Source: Haplodiscus bocki | Taxonomy: Eukaryota | Assembly (NCBI GenBank): GCA_965655095.1 | Contig: OZ296648.1 | Coordinates: 34,782,001-34,846,000, forward strand | DNA: 64,000 nt | Reading direction: 5' to 3' | In this document: positions 23,393-35,640 of the stretch, in pieces | How positions within the stretch are numbered: the first letter of the stretch is position 1 | Layout: every line of letters starts with the position of its first letter | The notes under the pieces: model-generated | What the model was told of the DNA's origin: nothing | The model's input: only the letters and a program-made list of their open reading frames with translations | The model's database searches: none | Translations under genes and position numbers: made by a program

Positions 23393-25735
23393 ATGAAGCG
23401 GCTTCCTGCACTCATTTTCTTTTCACTTGTATTTAGCAGCCTCGTAGCCACCGACGACCTGGAGGATTGGGATGTTGGAGACTTGAGTTTCCAGCAGAGC
23501 CAGCGTCGACCCTTTACTCACTCCAACCGAACGCATTCCGTTTCGGGAGCAGCTTTCACCCCGGAATCAACAGTTATCTTGACAACCTCCATGAAAGCAA
23601 CCTGGGTGTATGTGCCTTTTCCAGAAACCCCAGCGCTGGGGAACGACTTCGTGAAAGGAATGTCAAACCAACTGGACTCAGTAGTGCAGCACTTCTACGG
23701 CAGCAGGGACCGTTATTGTGACGATACCCTGGACATAGGACCGCACTTCCCGAACTTCTATAATCATGCCCTTGCCGAATTGTGGAGAAGCATCAACAGG
23801 TTCGAGTCCGATTTGGATGCCATCAGGAACAGTGTGACTGTATTTGTAAACAACACAGGGAAAGAACCCCTTTCGCGGAAGCGAAGATGGCTGGCCACAG
23901 CGATAGCAGCAGCAGCAACTTCCACGATCTTCGAACCTGTAATCCGCAAAGTGGGGTGTGCTGTGCTTTCCCCGATTGGATTCTGCCAAGACCGGCGGGC
24001 CCAAAGGATCGAAGACCTCTACCAGCAGATAAAGCACCTCAATGAGCGCGTTCAAGCATTGGAACAAGGGGCCTGGAGGACCTTTGTTATCGAGCCTCCC
24101 CACGACCCGACCCACTGGAGCGAACCAATCCTCTCTTCTAACGTCACAGAGAATGAGCGTACGCTCGAACGATTGCTGCCACGGCTGGAGCTGTTGGTGA
24201 ACCGCAGTAAAACCAACAACATGTGCAGCAGGGGCGTCCACAAAAAGTCAGACTACGGAATTTGTGCGATCCATATCAGCGTGTACGACGACATTACCTC
24301 AGAACTCAGGGCAATGGCTGGAGCTATTGAGCAGAGGCGTGTCGCTCTCCAATCTTTTGGATACCTTCTCCATGACGCCCTTGGATCCCTGGTTCATGGC
24401 TATTTACCTACGACCCTCATACCTCCAGATGTACTGATTAAGATCCTCCAGATGACAGAGAAGGGAATCCTAGTTGAGGCCATCCCGAGGAGTCAACTGT
24501 CGGCCTACTATAGCTTCGAATTGGTCCGTGAAATATACATCTCCGATAAAGGGGTTCACGTCCTGCTAGAAATCCCACTGCACAGCTCCGCTGGACTCCA
24601 CAATGTGATGAGGGCTACCCCGGTACCACAGCCATTTCTCGGAGGAAGAGGAACGGCCACCCAGTATCGATTGCGGAAAAGCCTTCTCCTTTTATCCTGG
24701 GATCGCACCAATTTCGCGGAAGTGAGCGAGGAGCGGTTGCTGGCGCACTGCCATGGCACCGGCCGACTGAAACTCTGCAAAAAGCCCTTCGCCACCACCG
24801 TTTCCCAAAGAACAACGTGCTTAACCGGCCTGTACTTCAACCTAGTCTCCGTCGTACTTAAGCTCTGTGAGCAGGAAGTACTTCCACTGCCCCAACAACC
24901 CCAGGCAGAGTATCTTTATGATTCGACTTACTTACTCACTTCGGCCGATGGAAACTTCCTTATGCAAAATTTTACCGAGGGCGAACAAGCGAGAAAAATT
25001 AAAGGTTGTCAGAGTTGCCTAATTAAGCCCCCGTGCCGAGGACGGATCCAGTTGCCTAGTGGAGGACTTGTTTTAAGACCGGACCCCGAAACATGCATGG
25101 AAGGACCGGAGAATGTTGTTTCCATCCTGCCCGCCCCACAGCTCGGGCCAATTTTTGGAGCACTTGCGGACGTGGCCCGAGATCTCCCGTCTTCATTAGT
25201 CAGCGATCTACAAGGCGAGATTCTTGACCATGTTAGGCTCAATTTAGCTCAATTGATGGATGAAGACCTGACGGATGAAGCTCTCACAACTGTCGTCGAG
25301 CCATTCCTAGAGCAGATCCGAATTCGACATGCAATCGGTATCCGCTGGTTGTGTCGGCAGGTCCTGCTGCCGCTTGGACTCGCCCTCCTTTCGCTGTCAT
25401 TGTCAGCCGGGCTCGTGTATCTTGGTCGACAGAAGTTAGCACAGGCAGTTGGCGCATGCATCAGTGGTTGTTGGCATCGCAGACAAAGGAAGGCCGTCAT
25501 TCAAACATGGAAGGATATTCAGAAGGAACTGGAGGAGGAAGAGAACAGAGTGCCGAGAATCAGCATGGCGGAGGAGCCCATTCTGGCGGGCCAAACAGGC
25601 CATTCTGGAACTTGTGGAGAACCCGAAATAGCTGAAGCAGACGTCCACCCGGTCGCGGGAGCACATGGGGCTGGATTACAGAGAAAATCTGGCAAGTTGG
25701 ACCGCGAGCGGAACTTGAACTGTCGGGACAAATAG
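23393..25735 (+). CDS. env: Envelope glycoprotein, class I F-type fusion protein
   Basis: Open frame 23210-25735. ATG 23393 begins a signal peptide MKRLPALIFFSLVFSSLVA. Furin site RKRR (23876-23887) precedes a hydrophobic fusion peptide WLATAIAAAATSTIF. Also a heptad repeat, GYLPTTLIPP motif, Cys-rich region, N-glycan sequons and a C-terminal TM VLLPLGLALLSLSLSAGLVYL. Confidence 0.92.
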   Translation: MKRLPALIFFSLVFSSLVATDDLEDWDVGDLSFQQSQRRPFTHSNRTHSVSGAAFTPESTVILTTSMKATWVYVPFPETPALGNDFVKGMSNQLDSVVQHFYGSRDRYCDDTLDIGPHFPNFYNHALAELWRSINRFESDLDAIRNSVTVFVNNTGKEPLSRKRRWLATAIAAAATSTIFEPVIRKVGCAVLSPIGFCQDRRAQRIEDLYQQIKHLNERVQALEQGAWRTFVIEPPHDPTHWSEPILSSNVTENERTLERLLPRLELLVNRSKTNNMCSRGVHKKSDYGICAIHISVYDDITSELRAMAGAIEQRRVALQSFGYLLHDALGSLVHGYLPTTLIPPDVLIKILQMTEKGILVEAIPRSQLSAYYSFELVREIYISDKGVHVLLEIPLHSSAGLHNVMRATPVPQPFLGGRGTATQYRLRKSLLLLSWDRTNFAEVSEERLLAHCHGTGRLKLCKKPFATTVSQRTTCLTGLYFNLVSVVLKLCEQEVLPLPQQPQAEYLYDSTYLLTSADGNFLMQNFTEGEQARKIKGCQSCLIKPPCRGRIQLPSGGLVLRPDPETCMEGPENVVSILPAPQLGPIFGALADVARDLPSSLVSDLQGEILDHVRLNLAQLMDEDLTDEALTTVVEPFLEQIRIRHAIGIRWLCRQVLLPLGLALLSLSLSAGLVYLGRQKLAQAVGACISGCWHRRQRKAVIQTWKDIQKELEEEENRVPRISMAEEPILAGQTGHSGTCGEPEIAEADVHPVAGAHGAGLQRKSGKLDRERNLNCRDK

Positions 25736-26803
25736 CGAGGGGGCGCTACACTGGCGACGGATATTGCATGGTGGCCGTTAGTACGCCGAAAACTTCCCTG
25801 GCCTTCGGAAGCCTTTAATGTTGTTTTTTTTTATTAATATTAATATTCCTCTCAAGAATACATGAAAAGAAAAAAAAATCGCCCAATCATGCAGTACTTA
25901 TTTCTTCTGTTTATTCTTAACCCCCCCCCCCTTGAGAGATTCTGTCACCCTGTGCTAACCATTGTTTTCTTTAGAGTAGTACCCTACAATTAGATGTTAC
26001 CGTTAAGTGGAACTCTTTCCAGTGTTTGTTTTTTTTCTTTCTTCGCTGGGATGATTAAAGGTAGCTCCGTCCGGTATCTAGGCCCCTTTTAACAAATTAA
26101 ATCGCGTCATCAACAGAAAAAAAAATCTAGTCAGGTTCCGACTGAAAATTGTAACGGTGTATGAATAGTTAATGAGCACGAGAGCGGCTGTAGTGTATAT
26201 GAATTTTTAATGCGCCGCGCATAACACCTGCCTGGAGGACTCAACGCTCATTTTACAAGGAGCGGCTCATTGCACGCTTGGAACGCCGTAACAACTACGC
26301 GAAAGAGAAAAAAAAACATTTTTTTTTGTTACTGAGATTGAAAACGGGCCAATCACCACGAGCAAGTAGAATGAAAAGAAAAAAAAACACTTTTTTTTTG
26401 TGTTTCATGTGTGTGCACTGGGAAGAGTCCCTGCAATTAGTATATCTCTGTTACGCCAGTTTTTTTTTTATTGACGTTTCTTTTACTTCATCCCCATTAC
26501 AAAAGACAAGCCGGAACCCTTGTCTCCCGCTGAAGGGCATTTTTTTTCTCTCTATACCACGAAGCCTTGCCAAAAACAAAAATGACCTGTTCTGAGAAAA
26601 CAGGGTGCTTGTTGAGTCTGATGTTTCTGATGTACCCAGATAGTAATCTCATTATTTTTTTCTTTCTTTTCTCAATTTCTTGCATGCAGTTTTGAATAAC
26701 CCATTCTAGACCCTCAACCCGTCTCAGCTCACAACTATTTTTTTTCCCAAACGCCGAGCGACTGCTGTCCTGTTACTCGACTATTCGGGAGAATAGTCAG
26801 TCT

Positions 26804-26815
26804 GGTAGGGAGGAA
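26804..26815 (+). promoter_or_regulatory. Polypurine tract
   Basis: GGTAGGGAGGAA directly abuts the TG of the 3' LTR. Confidence 0.92.
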
Positions 26816-28738
26816 TGTAGAAAAGTTTGTTTTCTCCAGCGCATGCGTTCGCAATTACTAAAGTAAATATTAGACGCGCGGACTGTTTTGACCTATTTAC
26901 TTAGCCGCCGCCTGATCTGATCGGCTGCGCTGTTAGTCAGCCGTCGCGACGCGGTCCGAAAAGCACTCCAGGGAGGAATGACTAGCAAAACCGATTACGA
27001 ACGTCAGCGAAAAGGATAAAAAAAAGGCAGGTGAAAAAAAAATGTAACTGTACAGCAACGGCACGCAACTGAGCAGATAATTCCTATACGCGGAGGCCGC
27101 CAACGCATAGGACGCAATGTATTAAAGCGGAAATGACCAAGAAAATGCCGTTTTTCCACAGAAAAACTTTAAATTCTCGAGAACTAAGAAAGATAGCGCC
27201 ATGCGGTTTTCACCTTTGTAAACTAGGGAGCTGAGGCTTTCACCTAGGGTCATTTTGGGCAACGCCCCCGTACCCCCGCCGAGGGGAGGGGCAAAAAAGG
27301 GTCAAATCGCGGGATTTCCAAAAATACCGACTTGGCAAAACCTGTTCTCCCCCCCTTGCTCAAAACTAGCCCGATTTTGCTCAAATTCGGCATGATTGCT
27401 CTCAAGACCCTTATACACAAAACTGTTGACCAAATTTTTGATATCTTTTCCCTGGGTCGAGATATAGGGTTTCAAACTGGGTCAAATCGCTAAATAAAGG
27501 TAAAATGCCGACCTGGCAAAACCTGTTCTCCCCCCCCCCCTTGCTCAAAACTAGCCCGATTTTGCTCAAATTCGGCATGATGGCTCTCAAGACCTTTATA
27601 CACAAACTGTTGACCAAAATTTTGATATCTTTCTTAGAAGCCGAGATTCGCCCCGGAAGTTAAAAGCCTATGTATTAGGATAGGAACCTTATTTTTTTTT
27701 GTTTCATGCTTCAAGTCATCTCCAGAGCAGCTCGGCTGCTAGATTTTTTCGCTGAGCGGCAAGCTATGCCTAATTAAAAATTCATGAGCCGTGAAGGCTG
27801 ACTCAGCCACTTTAAACCGCAGAAAGAACAGAGTGTTCCGCCTGAACTAATATTTGCAATTTTAATGAGAACTCCCGTGCCCTTGTTAACAAAAGGAAAA
27901 TATTATTGCCTGCTGATCAATAAACGCAACAATAAAAGTGTCGCTGCAGCTGCGAACGCAAGTGACACTAAGGCGACGAGAACAATAAACGTTGACAGCG
28001 GTTGTAAAAAACAGGGGGATGACGTTTTTTTAAATAAAATCTAGTACAAAAAGGAACAAAGAAAAGAAAGGCCGTACCGCCAGGGGCACGCGGGAAGGAC
28101 GAGCAGGACTGACTCAGAAAAAGGAACAACGACGCGGAAAAGAGAGGGAGAGAGAGAGAAAACGAGAGAGAGAGAGACCGAGAGCGGCGAACTGAGAGAG
28201 TTGCGCCGAGATAGAGAGAAAAAGAAAGAGTTGGGTCGTGATAGAAGACCTGATAGCCGTTGTTGGGACTTTTAACGTTGAGAACGTTAGTAAGTGTCCA
28301 TCAGAAAGAAAAGCTAGTATAACGTGAGCTGAGACTCGACCCCAAATTTTCGTGGGTGAGCGTATCTTCCTGCAGTTGTGTGTTTTAAACAGTAGATTTG
28401 TTATGATCATTATCTCTTGTCGATCTTTATGTATTGAGTTTGTTTATAACCGACTTAATTGACTTCTTTGTGGGCGAACTCATTCCTTAGTAAGAGACAG
28501 AACAGCCAAGAGCTAGAGGCCCGACGATCGGATCACGAAGTGAGCGAGTTGCTGCGGCAAAATCCGCTGTTGCTATTGGGACCATCGATACCCGTTCGGT
28601 AAAAAGAAAATCTTGTGTGGGACATCCGGCCTTCATCTGCCTCTGTGAAGGTGTCCAGGCTTAAACGGGTGCTGCCGCTTAGTGTAAATTGGTAAGACCA
28701 GCCGGAAACCAAAGCAGCTAAGGGCAAAATTTCCTACA
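26816..28738 (+). repeat. 3' LTR (1923 bp)
   Basis: Direct repeat of 14222-16148, followed by the TSD ATTGC. Confidence 0.98.
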
Positions 28739-31700
28739 ATTGCTATAAGAATGCGGTAAAAAAAACTCTACAATCTCAAAGGTTTTTGACTAGATTACAA
28801 TTTGACATTTCAAATATCAGCGATAAGGTTCAAAAAGTTCGGCTTCGATATTCTTAAGATGTCGATCGCATGGTAGTAATTCAAGTAATTCACATTCGTT
28901 TAGTTCAAGGACATAAGAATTGTGTCTACTGGTGTGCGCCATTCAGAAGTTAAAACTGGGAATAACGGAAACTACGGGAGTCAAGGGTCGTGAGCTCTTT
29001 CGTTAACCCACCAGAGCCATCGTACAGCGTCATTAACGACCTAATTACAATTAATTGCGGGAAGATAAATTGAATTGAAAAGTTTACAATCTAAAGCATG
29101 GTATACGGAATATAATATACATAGTCTAAACGCATAGATAAATCCACTACTGAAAACACGTCAGCTTATATGCATCTCAAGGCCTGTAATTTTTGGCATT
29201 GAGGTGAATCTGACTTTTGCGTGCATATGTGACGCAGGTGAGGAACGGCATCAAGTAAAAGTGCCATCGAAGTCAATTTCTTAGCACATCCCTTTTAATT
29301 TCTATTTTGAGCAATATCATAGAGAACGCATTTTTGCTGAAAAAATTTTGAAAAAAAAATTAAGTGTTCAACGGGACCTCAAGTATCGAGCCGGTGATGT
29401 GATGAACGTAATATATGAGGTAATCTGCGACAAATTGGACTTCTGGGAAAAGACACCTTTGAAACGTTTAGGACTTCAGAGCAAAAAGACAATGTTTCTC
29501 GTGGCAAAATGTGTAACGGGATTTCCGAACTTCTGTCGCAACTTTTCATATTGTGAGATTTTGGTTGTCAATGCAGCAATCCAATCAGTATTCTTTTAAA
29601 AAAACGAGTTTGGAAGAAAATGCAAGTAGAATGATTCCAGGAAAACCAGGCTAATTTCTTGTCGAGGAAAGCATCAAAAGGCAATTCATGCTTTTCGATT
29701 AGATCTTCATAATGGGAAGTTTTGAGTGTGCGCTAGATAGTTGCTAACTAAACAGTAACTTCTACAACAAACATCCTTGTAAATTTTTTGAAAAATGGAA
29801 AAAAATGGCTCTCATTGCTTGTTTCGTTGTACCCAAAGAAGTTTTGGTATGAATACAAGAGCGGTTTTGGAATACTTCTGAACGTTGCGAAAAAAACAGT
29901 TTTTCAGTTTGGACTGCATTAGTAAGCATTAGCTTGAAATAATAGAAAATGGAGGCATGTTTTAATCAAAAGAAAGAGCATCACGGTTTAATCTTAATTA
30001 CCGTGATAAAAAAAGGCGCAGCGAGATTGCAAAATTTTCTTTTTTCAATGGCTTGAAGAACAGAATGTTAAAGTTTTCAACAGAATTGAAGGTAAATTAG
30101 GGCTAAAGGGGGTTACTGTCGGCTTGGAGAAACATTCTCTGAAAAATATAATGCTTGAAGCCTTGTGATTAGCAGTACAACGCAAGTTTTTTTCCAATTT
30201 GGCTTGACTAACACTAAAAAAACCCTGAAAATTATTTAATTCAAGTAAGTTTGGCCAACTTTCAAGCATCAAGAAAATAATGCTGGGAAAATTGAGAACT
30301 CTGCAAAATTTGACACTTTGTATGGTATTAAAATGGATGCGTAGGCTGATTGTGTATGCAGAAAAGTATTTCAATACAAAAAAACAACAGCGGCTAATTC
30401 ACTGACTAACTGACCGGAAAAAGTAAATTAAAGTTTTCCCTAATAAAATACTGTAACTTATTGCGAAGAGTTGATGAAGTGTCGTTGATTCAATTTCGAA
30501 GCAATTATGTTTAAAAAACAGAATTGGAAAATGCTGCAGAAACTTCCTCGAAAGTTGAAAAGATGGACATTTCTAAAGTTGCTTGATCTACAGAGGAACC
30601 TCAACAGTGAAAAACTGCGGAGAAATTAGGTAGGATTACTAACTACAAATTTGATGTAGAAGACAGAAGTGAGAAAGAATCAGAGGCTAGTTTCGCTTTT
30701 ATTTGCTCTTGGCGTACTTTGTAACACCCAAAATGACATTTAAAATAGTGAAGAACCTCGTAAAAATATTTTGAACACTTCTGGTTTGTTGCACTAGATT
30801 TGTGTTGTGTGATATACCATTTTGGATTGGCGGTTAGAAATTAGATTGGAGAGGCAAGTGCAGAAAATAGTTCAAAAACTCGTGATTAACAAGCTTTTGA
30901 TGCTGTCAACTCACCAAAGCTTGCTGTTTTCTGAAAAATTTAGCCAAAAAACCTCGCGCTTCACAGTTTTCTTTCTTTCATGCTGTTCGCAAGATTAAAA
31001 TGATGATTGGCAAAATAGAAGAACGAATATCCTCAAAACGCCACGAATAGATAAATTGTACACTAAAAAACTGTAACAAGGGCTTTCGCATGCCAATATT
31101 GTATTAACTTTTTGTTCAAATATTATGTGTTTGCCCAAATTGTTTTAAAAAGTTTGATCAAAAGTGTTGTTGTCAAGCAGAACAACCATAAATAAGAAAC
31201 AGTTGCAAAACTTTGGCAAACACGCAACTCTTTTATTTTTTCGACACCAAAGACTTTAAAAAATGAACTTTCCCCTGCCATATCCGGGATTTTCCCAAAG
31301 AATTAGTTTTTCGATTTACTGTTCTGAATGGGCAGCTCTAGGTTTCATTTCTTAGGTGAATAAGTAATATTTATAACAAAAAGATTAAAGGTAACTCCTT
31401 TTGTTTTTTCAAAAAGTGGAGTCTTTTCTACCTAATACATTTTGCCGCCAACTTCAGTTTAAAAATAGTCGCTCTGTGTATTGGGCCAACACATATTTGA
31501 AATTTAGAAAGTGGAAACTAGTCTGAAGTTTTTTACTTTTCTCAAAACGATGATAGTGAAGTTTCGCTTTTTTAACCGTTCTCTGCAAAAGATTGTCAAA
31601 TGAGCTCCACGATATTTGTATTGCACAAAGCCGACTCTTGTAAAGTCAGAAACACATTGATTCATTTCCTTTGTTCACGTGTTATTTTTCAATCAAATGT

Positions 31701-32754
31701 CTCTAGATTTTGGCTACATCAGGGAAAAGAAGTCCGCTGACGGAATTGATTTTTTCTTCATCTTATAAATCGCAATTGAAAACTCCCTTGAATTGTTTTC
31801 TACCACATTGTTAAATCTCGCAACACATTGAAACTGCGCGCACGCAATTCGGCAGAAATGTTCACGCCGGAAAAAAGTACCGTTATGTCGATTTTTATTA
31901 CACTAGCAATCGCAAGTGTAACACAAAAGCGAGTCTTGCAACCCAAAAACATTGAAATTTGAATTCTCTCTAAAAAGCTCTGATGATGATTTAAAAAATT
32001 GTACTATTGCTCTTCAAAATTTAAGGATTTTTATCAAAAAGTACCGGAATAAAATTTCAACATTTTCTCGAAAAACCTGACAATGGACGCTGAACTTTGA
32101 TTTTTTGTGTGCGATGAGATTTCTCCCCATACATTGAAAACGACAAAATGATCGAAGTTACAGGTGAGTTCCTTCCAGCAATTATGCAAAACTTCGATCA
32201 GAAACTCAACTGCAACCATCTTATTACTCGCAAACCAAGTTACGTCTTCTCCGAGAGAATTGTACAGACAGAGCTCTGTTGCTGAGCATTTTCACTCAGC
32301 GCTCTTTTGAAACCGTTTACAAACGATTGTGCAAAAAGTGGTGGCAACCCGTTTGAAAATTTTTGAAGGAAACTTCCAGGGACACAATCAAGTCAAAACA
32401 TTTCTCCGATAAAAAATACAGTAACTCAGAAGATCATCACCATCACTCAGTGACTTTTTTGAAATGCGAGTACTTGAACTTGAAATGGTCGCTGATAATG
32501 GATAATGGTCACCACAATCATGACCCAAGTTAATGAAGAATTGTCATAATTTCGTGATTCGAATTACGAGCACTTTTTGACCGAAAACATTCCACCCGCT
32601 CCATTCAGTTTAGTCTCTCCAAATTGTGATGTTCTAGAAGGGCATTTGACAGTCGATCCCAACCTCAATGAACAAAGTTTTTCAATGAACAATAATGAAT
32701 TGGATTCAACAGAGACCCGGGTCGAAATAATGGCCGAAATTTTTCCGGTATAAG

Positions 32755-33119
32755 GGCGTTAACGGCGGTCAAAATTAGCCACAAAAGCCGTTATTAACCG
32801 GAAAAATAGCGGCGTTAACGGCGTTTTTTTGTCGGTATAAAGGCGTTAACGGCGTTTAACCGGAAAAATAGCGGCTTTAACGGCGTTTTTTTGTCGGTAT
32901 AAAGGCGTTAACGGCGTTTTACTTGTCGGTATAAAGGCGTTAACGGCGTTTTTTTGTCGGTATAAAGGCGTTAACGGCGTTTAACCGGAAAAATAGCGGC
33001 GTTAACGGCGTTTTTTTGTCGGTATAAAGGCGTTAACGGCGTTTAACCGGAAAAATAGCGGCGTTAACGGCGCTCCTTGTCGGTCTAAAAGCGTTAACGG
33101 CGTTTTGCTTGTCGGTATC
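32755..33119. repeat. 31-bp minisatellite with two alternating unit variants
   Basis: About 11 GGCGTTAACGGCG cores, mostly at ~31-bp spacing, followed by either TTTAACCGGAAAAATAGC or TTTTTTTGTCGGTATAAA. Confidence 0.95.
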
Positions 33120-33737
33120 AATTTTGTTACCGTACCTATAGAAAAGTTATCTGTCGTTCGTTATCTCTACAGCCACAAGAATACTGTTTAATTTTAGAAA
33201 AAGTGGCGGCACCAGGAAATTGCCGGTGCTAGCCGGCCCTCTTGATGTTCTTTCTTACTGACAGAAATTTCACAATGTCAGCAATCAGAAATATTTCATT
33301 GAAGTCAGCTCTACCGACAAGTTATTAATACAGTCCAGGAACAACAAAACAACCCATTGGTCACTCCATGTACTTTTGAATTTGTGGTTCTGAGGCGAAC
33401 AGTCTGCTTTCTCCTGTAACCGTTCCTGAAAATTTTTCGGACGGCAGCTGAGTTCTGGACTTTCAATATTTATTTTCAAACGCGTCAGATTTTTCAAGCT
33501 TTTACTCAAATTTTCGGTCATCCTCATATCGCGTTTTTCTTAGAAGACGAGTAGAATAGCATTGGCGGCGTTCGATTCGCGCACACCGCGGTTGGCGATG
33601 ATTTCACACATGTTATTTCAAAACAAGCTGAAGAGGCTCAAGTAGGCCTGCAATGTTTTGAATTTGGAAAGTTTGTTTTAGCTACATAGCTGTAACTTCG
33701 GTGTCCAGCTACCAGCGTCCTATCTCGACAGCCAAAA

Positions 33738-34300
33738 CCCATAGCTTACAACACTACTGCTTCCTTGATCAAGCTAAGTTACACCGACTATGTGGAAGTT
33801 TATAAATATCAACACAGATTTGGACAAACTTCTCGTTCCAAAAATGATTCCAATTACTTGGATATAAAATTCAAAGTTTTCCACAAAGGTGACATCAAAG
33901 ATTTCCGACTGCTACAGAATCTTCAAATGGGAGAAACAGACCTCAACCAGTTTATGAGACTACGAAGTCAGCTATTTTTTGCAGCAAAGCCTTTGGAAGA
34001 GAAGATAATTTCTCTCCAGTACAGATTCCCACAATGTGTAAGGAGATGGACAAACAACACAAGCTGGCTCACGAAGTAGTTGACAGTAGGGACCTAGCTA
34101 AAAGAAAAACAGATAGACTTGGTTGACTCTGCTGCGGTACAAAGTGGACAAGCCAGAGAGTTCATGTGCTCAAGTCCGAGTTTTCGGAAGGAGGAAGGAC
34201 GAAAAAAAATTTCAACAAATTGTCGATGTAAACTATAGACTTGTATATCCACCCGATGTATTGATTCCTGTATATGATAAAAATATAGTTAGTCAGTCCG
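33738..34300 (+). pseudogene. Polinton accessory gene, possibly PC4/PUR-like ssDNA-binding fold
   Basis: NYLDIKFKVF..FRLLQNLQMGETDLNQFMRLR has the strand-strand-helix pattern of PC4-like domains; frameshifted. Confidence 0.4.
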
Positions 34301-35214
34301 CTTTTTTGTTCTCTAGAAAGCAAGTTCAATTATTTACTGTATATTTTTTTCATTCTCTTAGAATCAGCTTGAGTTGGAACATTGAGCTTATAAGAAACCT
34401 CTTTCTCAGGCCTAAACCAAAGTTGGGATTTTACCATGTTGTACTGACAACTCCAAGAACGTTTCCTCAAAAAACTTACGCCATCCGTAGTCAAAACCCA
34501 ACAGATATCACACAATCAAACGACTGATCCCAAAAACGATATTTCTTGCTTGTAAGGGACAAAATTTATTGGTCTGAGAAGAAATTTGTGTAAACTTAAA
34601 GACTGACACATACAAGTTAAACAACTTCGTGTAACGTAATTGAAACAATTTGTACCTCAAAGTTGATGAAATCGATCTAAATCTGACAGAATAGCAGAGT
34701 CTTCTAGAAAAGTGAGTATTTTTTTGAGTAACAATGACGTAATTTTCAAGCTTTACTAGGTTGCCGATGAAACAACGAATCATGAATGAAATAATTTTCA
34801 TTAAAATTGCCTTTCTATCTTCTATTGAACAATTTCAGATACTACCCGGGAGTGTAACTGTCATTTGAACACAATCGTGTTTGGATCAACTTTTTCCTAA
34901 TTGCATGTCGCTGCTGTGATGATACTTTTTTCGTGAAATGGACCAAAAAGGTCAAACTGGTGGAGTCATTGGTTGTAGTGACTCGTACTTGGAGTTCTTT
35001 TTTTCTCACTTCGAAGTATTCAGACTACATGCATTTTTACATGATACTGCTAGAGCAGTGCGGGCACATAGTGGCAAAAGTCCCGGCTACTGTTACAAAA
35101 CTGGACGATGAACAATTTCATGTGTGTTTGGTCACGTAAGTCGACTACTTTTTTGCCTTCACGAAGAACTCATTCTCCCTTCCATTTTAACCTTGTTCGA
35201 AATTTCAAGCAGTC

Positions 35215-35640
35215 TATCTTGCATTGTGCTACACATTGAGCTGGCGCGAAAGAACGTCATCAAAGAGTTTTGAGTTTTCATTCATGGGAGAACTCAAGGA
35301 TACTCACTTCCTCATCCAAAAAAGTACAAAACTACAAGACACTCAGTTTGGCGTAAAAAGGAATTGCACCGAATTGAGTGGAACAGTGGAAGCGAGCTCC
35401 AAAACATTCTTCAGAGAGCTGCGAAAACTGGAAACTTTCCGGAAGGGACAGAAAAGTGCAAGATTCCTGGCAAAATTTTGGATATTGAAGTGGAAAATTG
35501 GAATGATCATGGGTGCTCCAATTTTCGAGATTTAAAGCAAAAGAAAGATTGTGGAATTTCTCGAGTTACCGATTCAAACACAAGACCACACTTCACTGTA
35601 CAGAGAGCAAAAACGTTTGGTAGCTAGACAAGACAGCTTT
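35215..35640 (+). pseudogene. DEDD/DnaQ-like exonuclease remnant
   Basis: CIVLHIEL..NVIKE..HRIEWNSG..GTEKCKI..EVENWNDHGC resembles the V-L-D-x-E..I-K-E-L..H-G-I-x-W..G..K-G-x-E-K..N-L-E-D-x-G-C-P family seen in Polintons. Confidence 0.6.

Larger units (their letters stand above)
14222..28738 (+). mobile_element. Full-length env-bearing Ty3/Gypsy LTR retrotransposon (endogenous retrovirus-like) with a macrodomain in Pol
   Basis: Paired TG..CA LTRs, 5-bp TSD ATTGC (14217-14221 and 28739-28743), PBS, PPT, gag, pol in PR-RT-RH-IN order, and an env ORF. Confidence 0.98.

Noticed and set aside
21448-24241. Long antisense ORFs (179, 135, 152, 187 aa) opposite pol and env
   Set aside because: Expected shadows of GC-balanced coding sequence; no motifs.
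28744-31000. Short ORFs right of the env element
   Set aside because: No recognisable motifs; could not be linked to Polinton I or any family.
31050-32300. Possible decayed piggyBac-like transposase on the minus strand (YGCSA*QQHF* Cys-like tail, LFSGV..L)
   Set aside because: Motifs are too degenerate, and no TIR or TTAA ends were found; needs a profile search.
32755-33119. Repeat-spacer pattern resembling a CRISPR array
   Set aside because: The core is only 13 bp, the spacers are two recurring variants rather than unique, no cas genes are present, and the context is eukaryotic.
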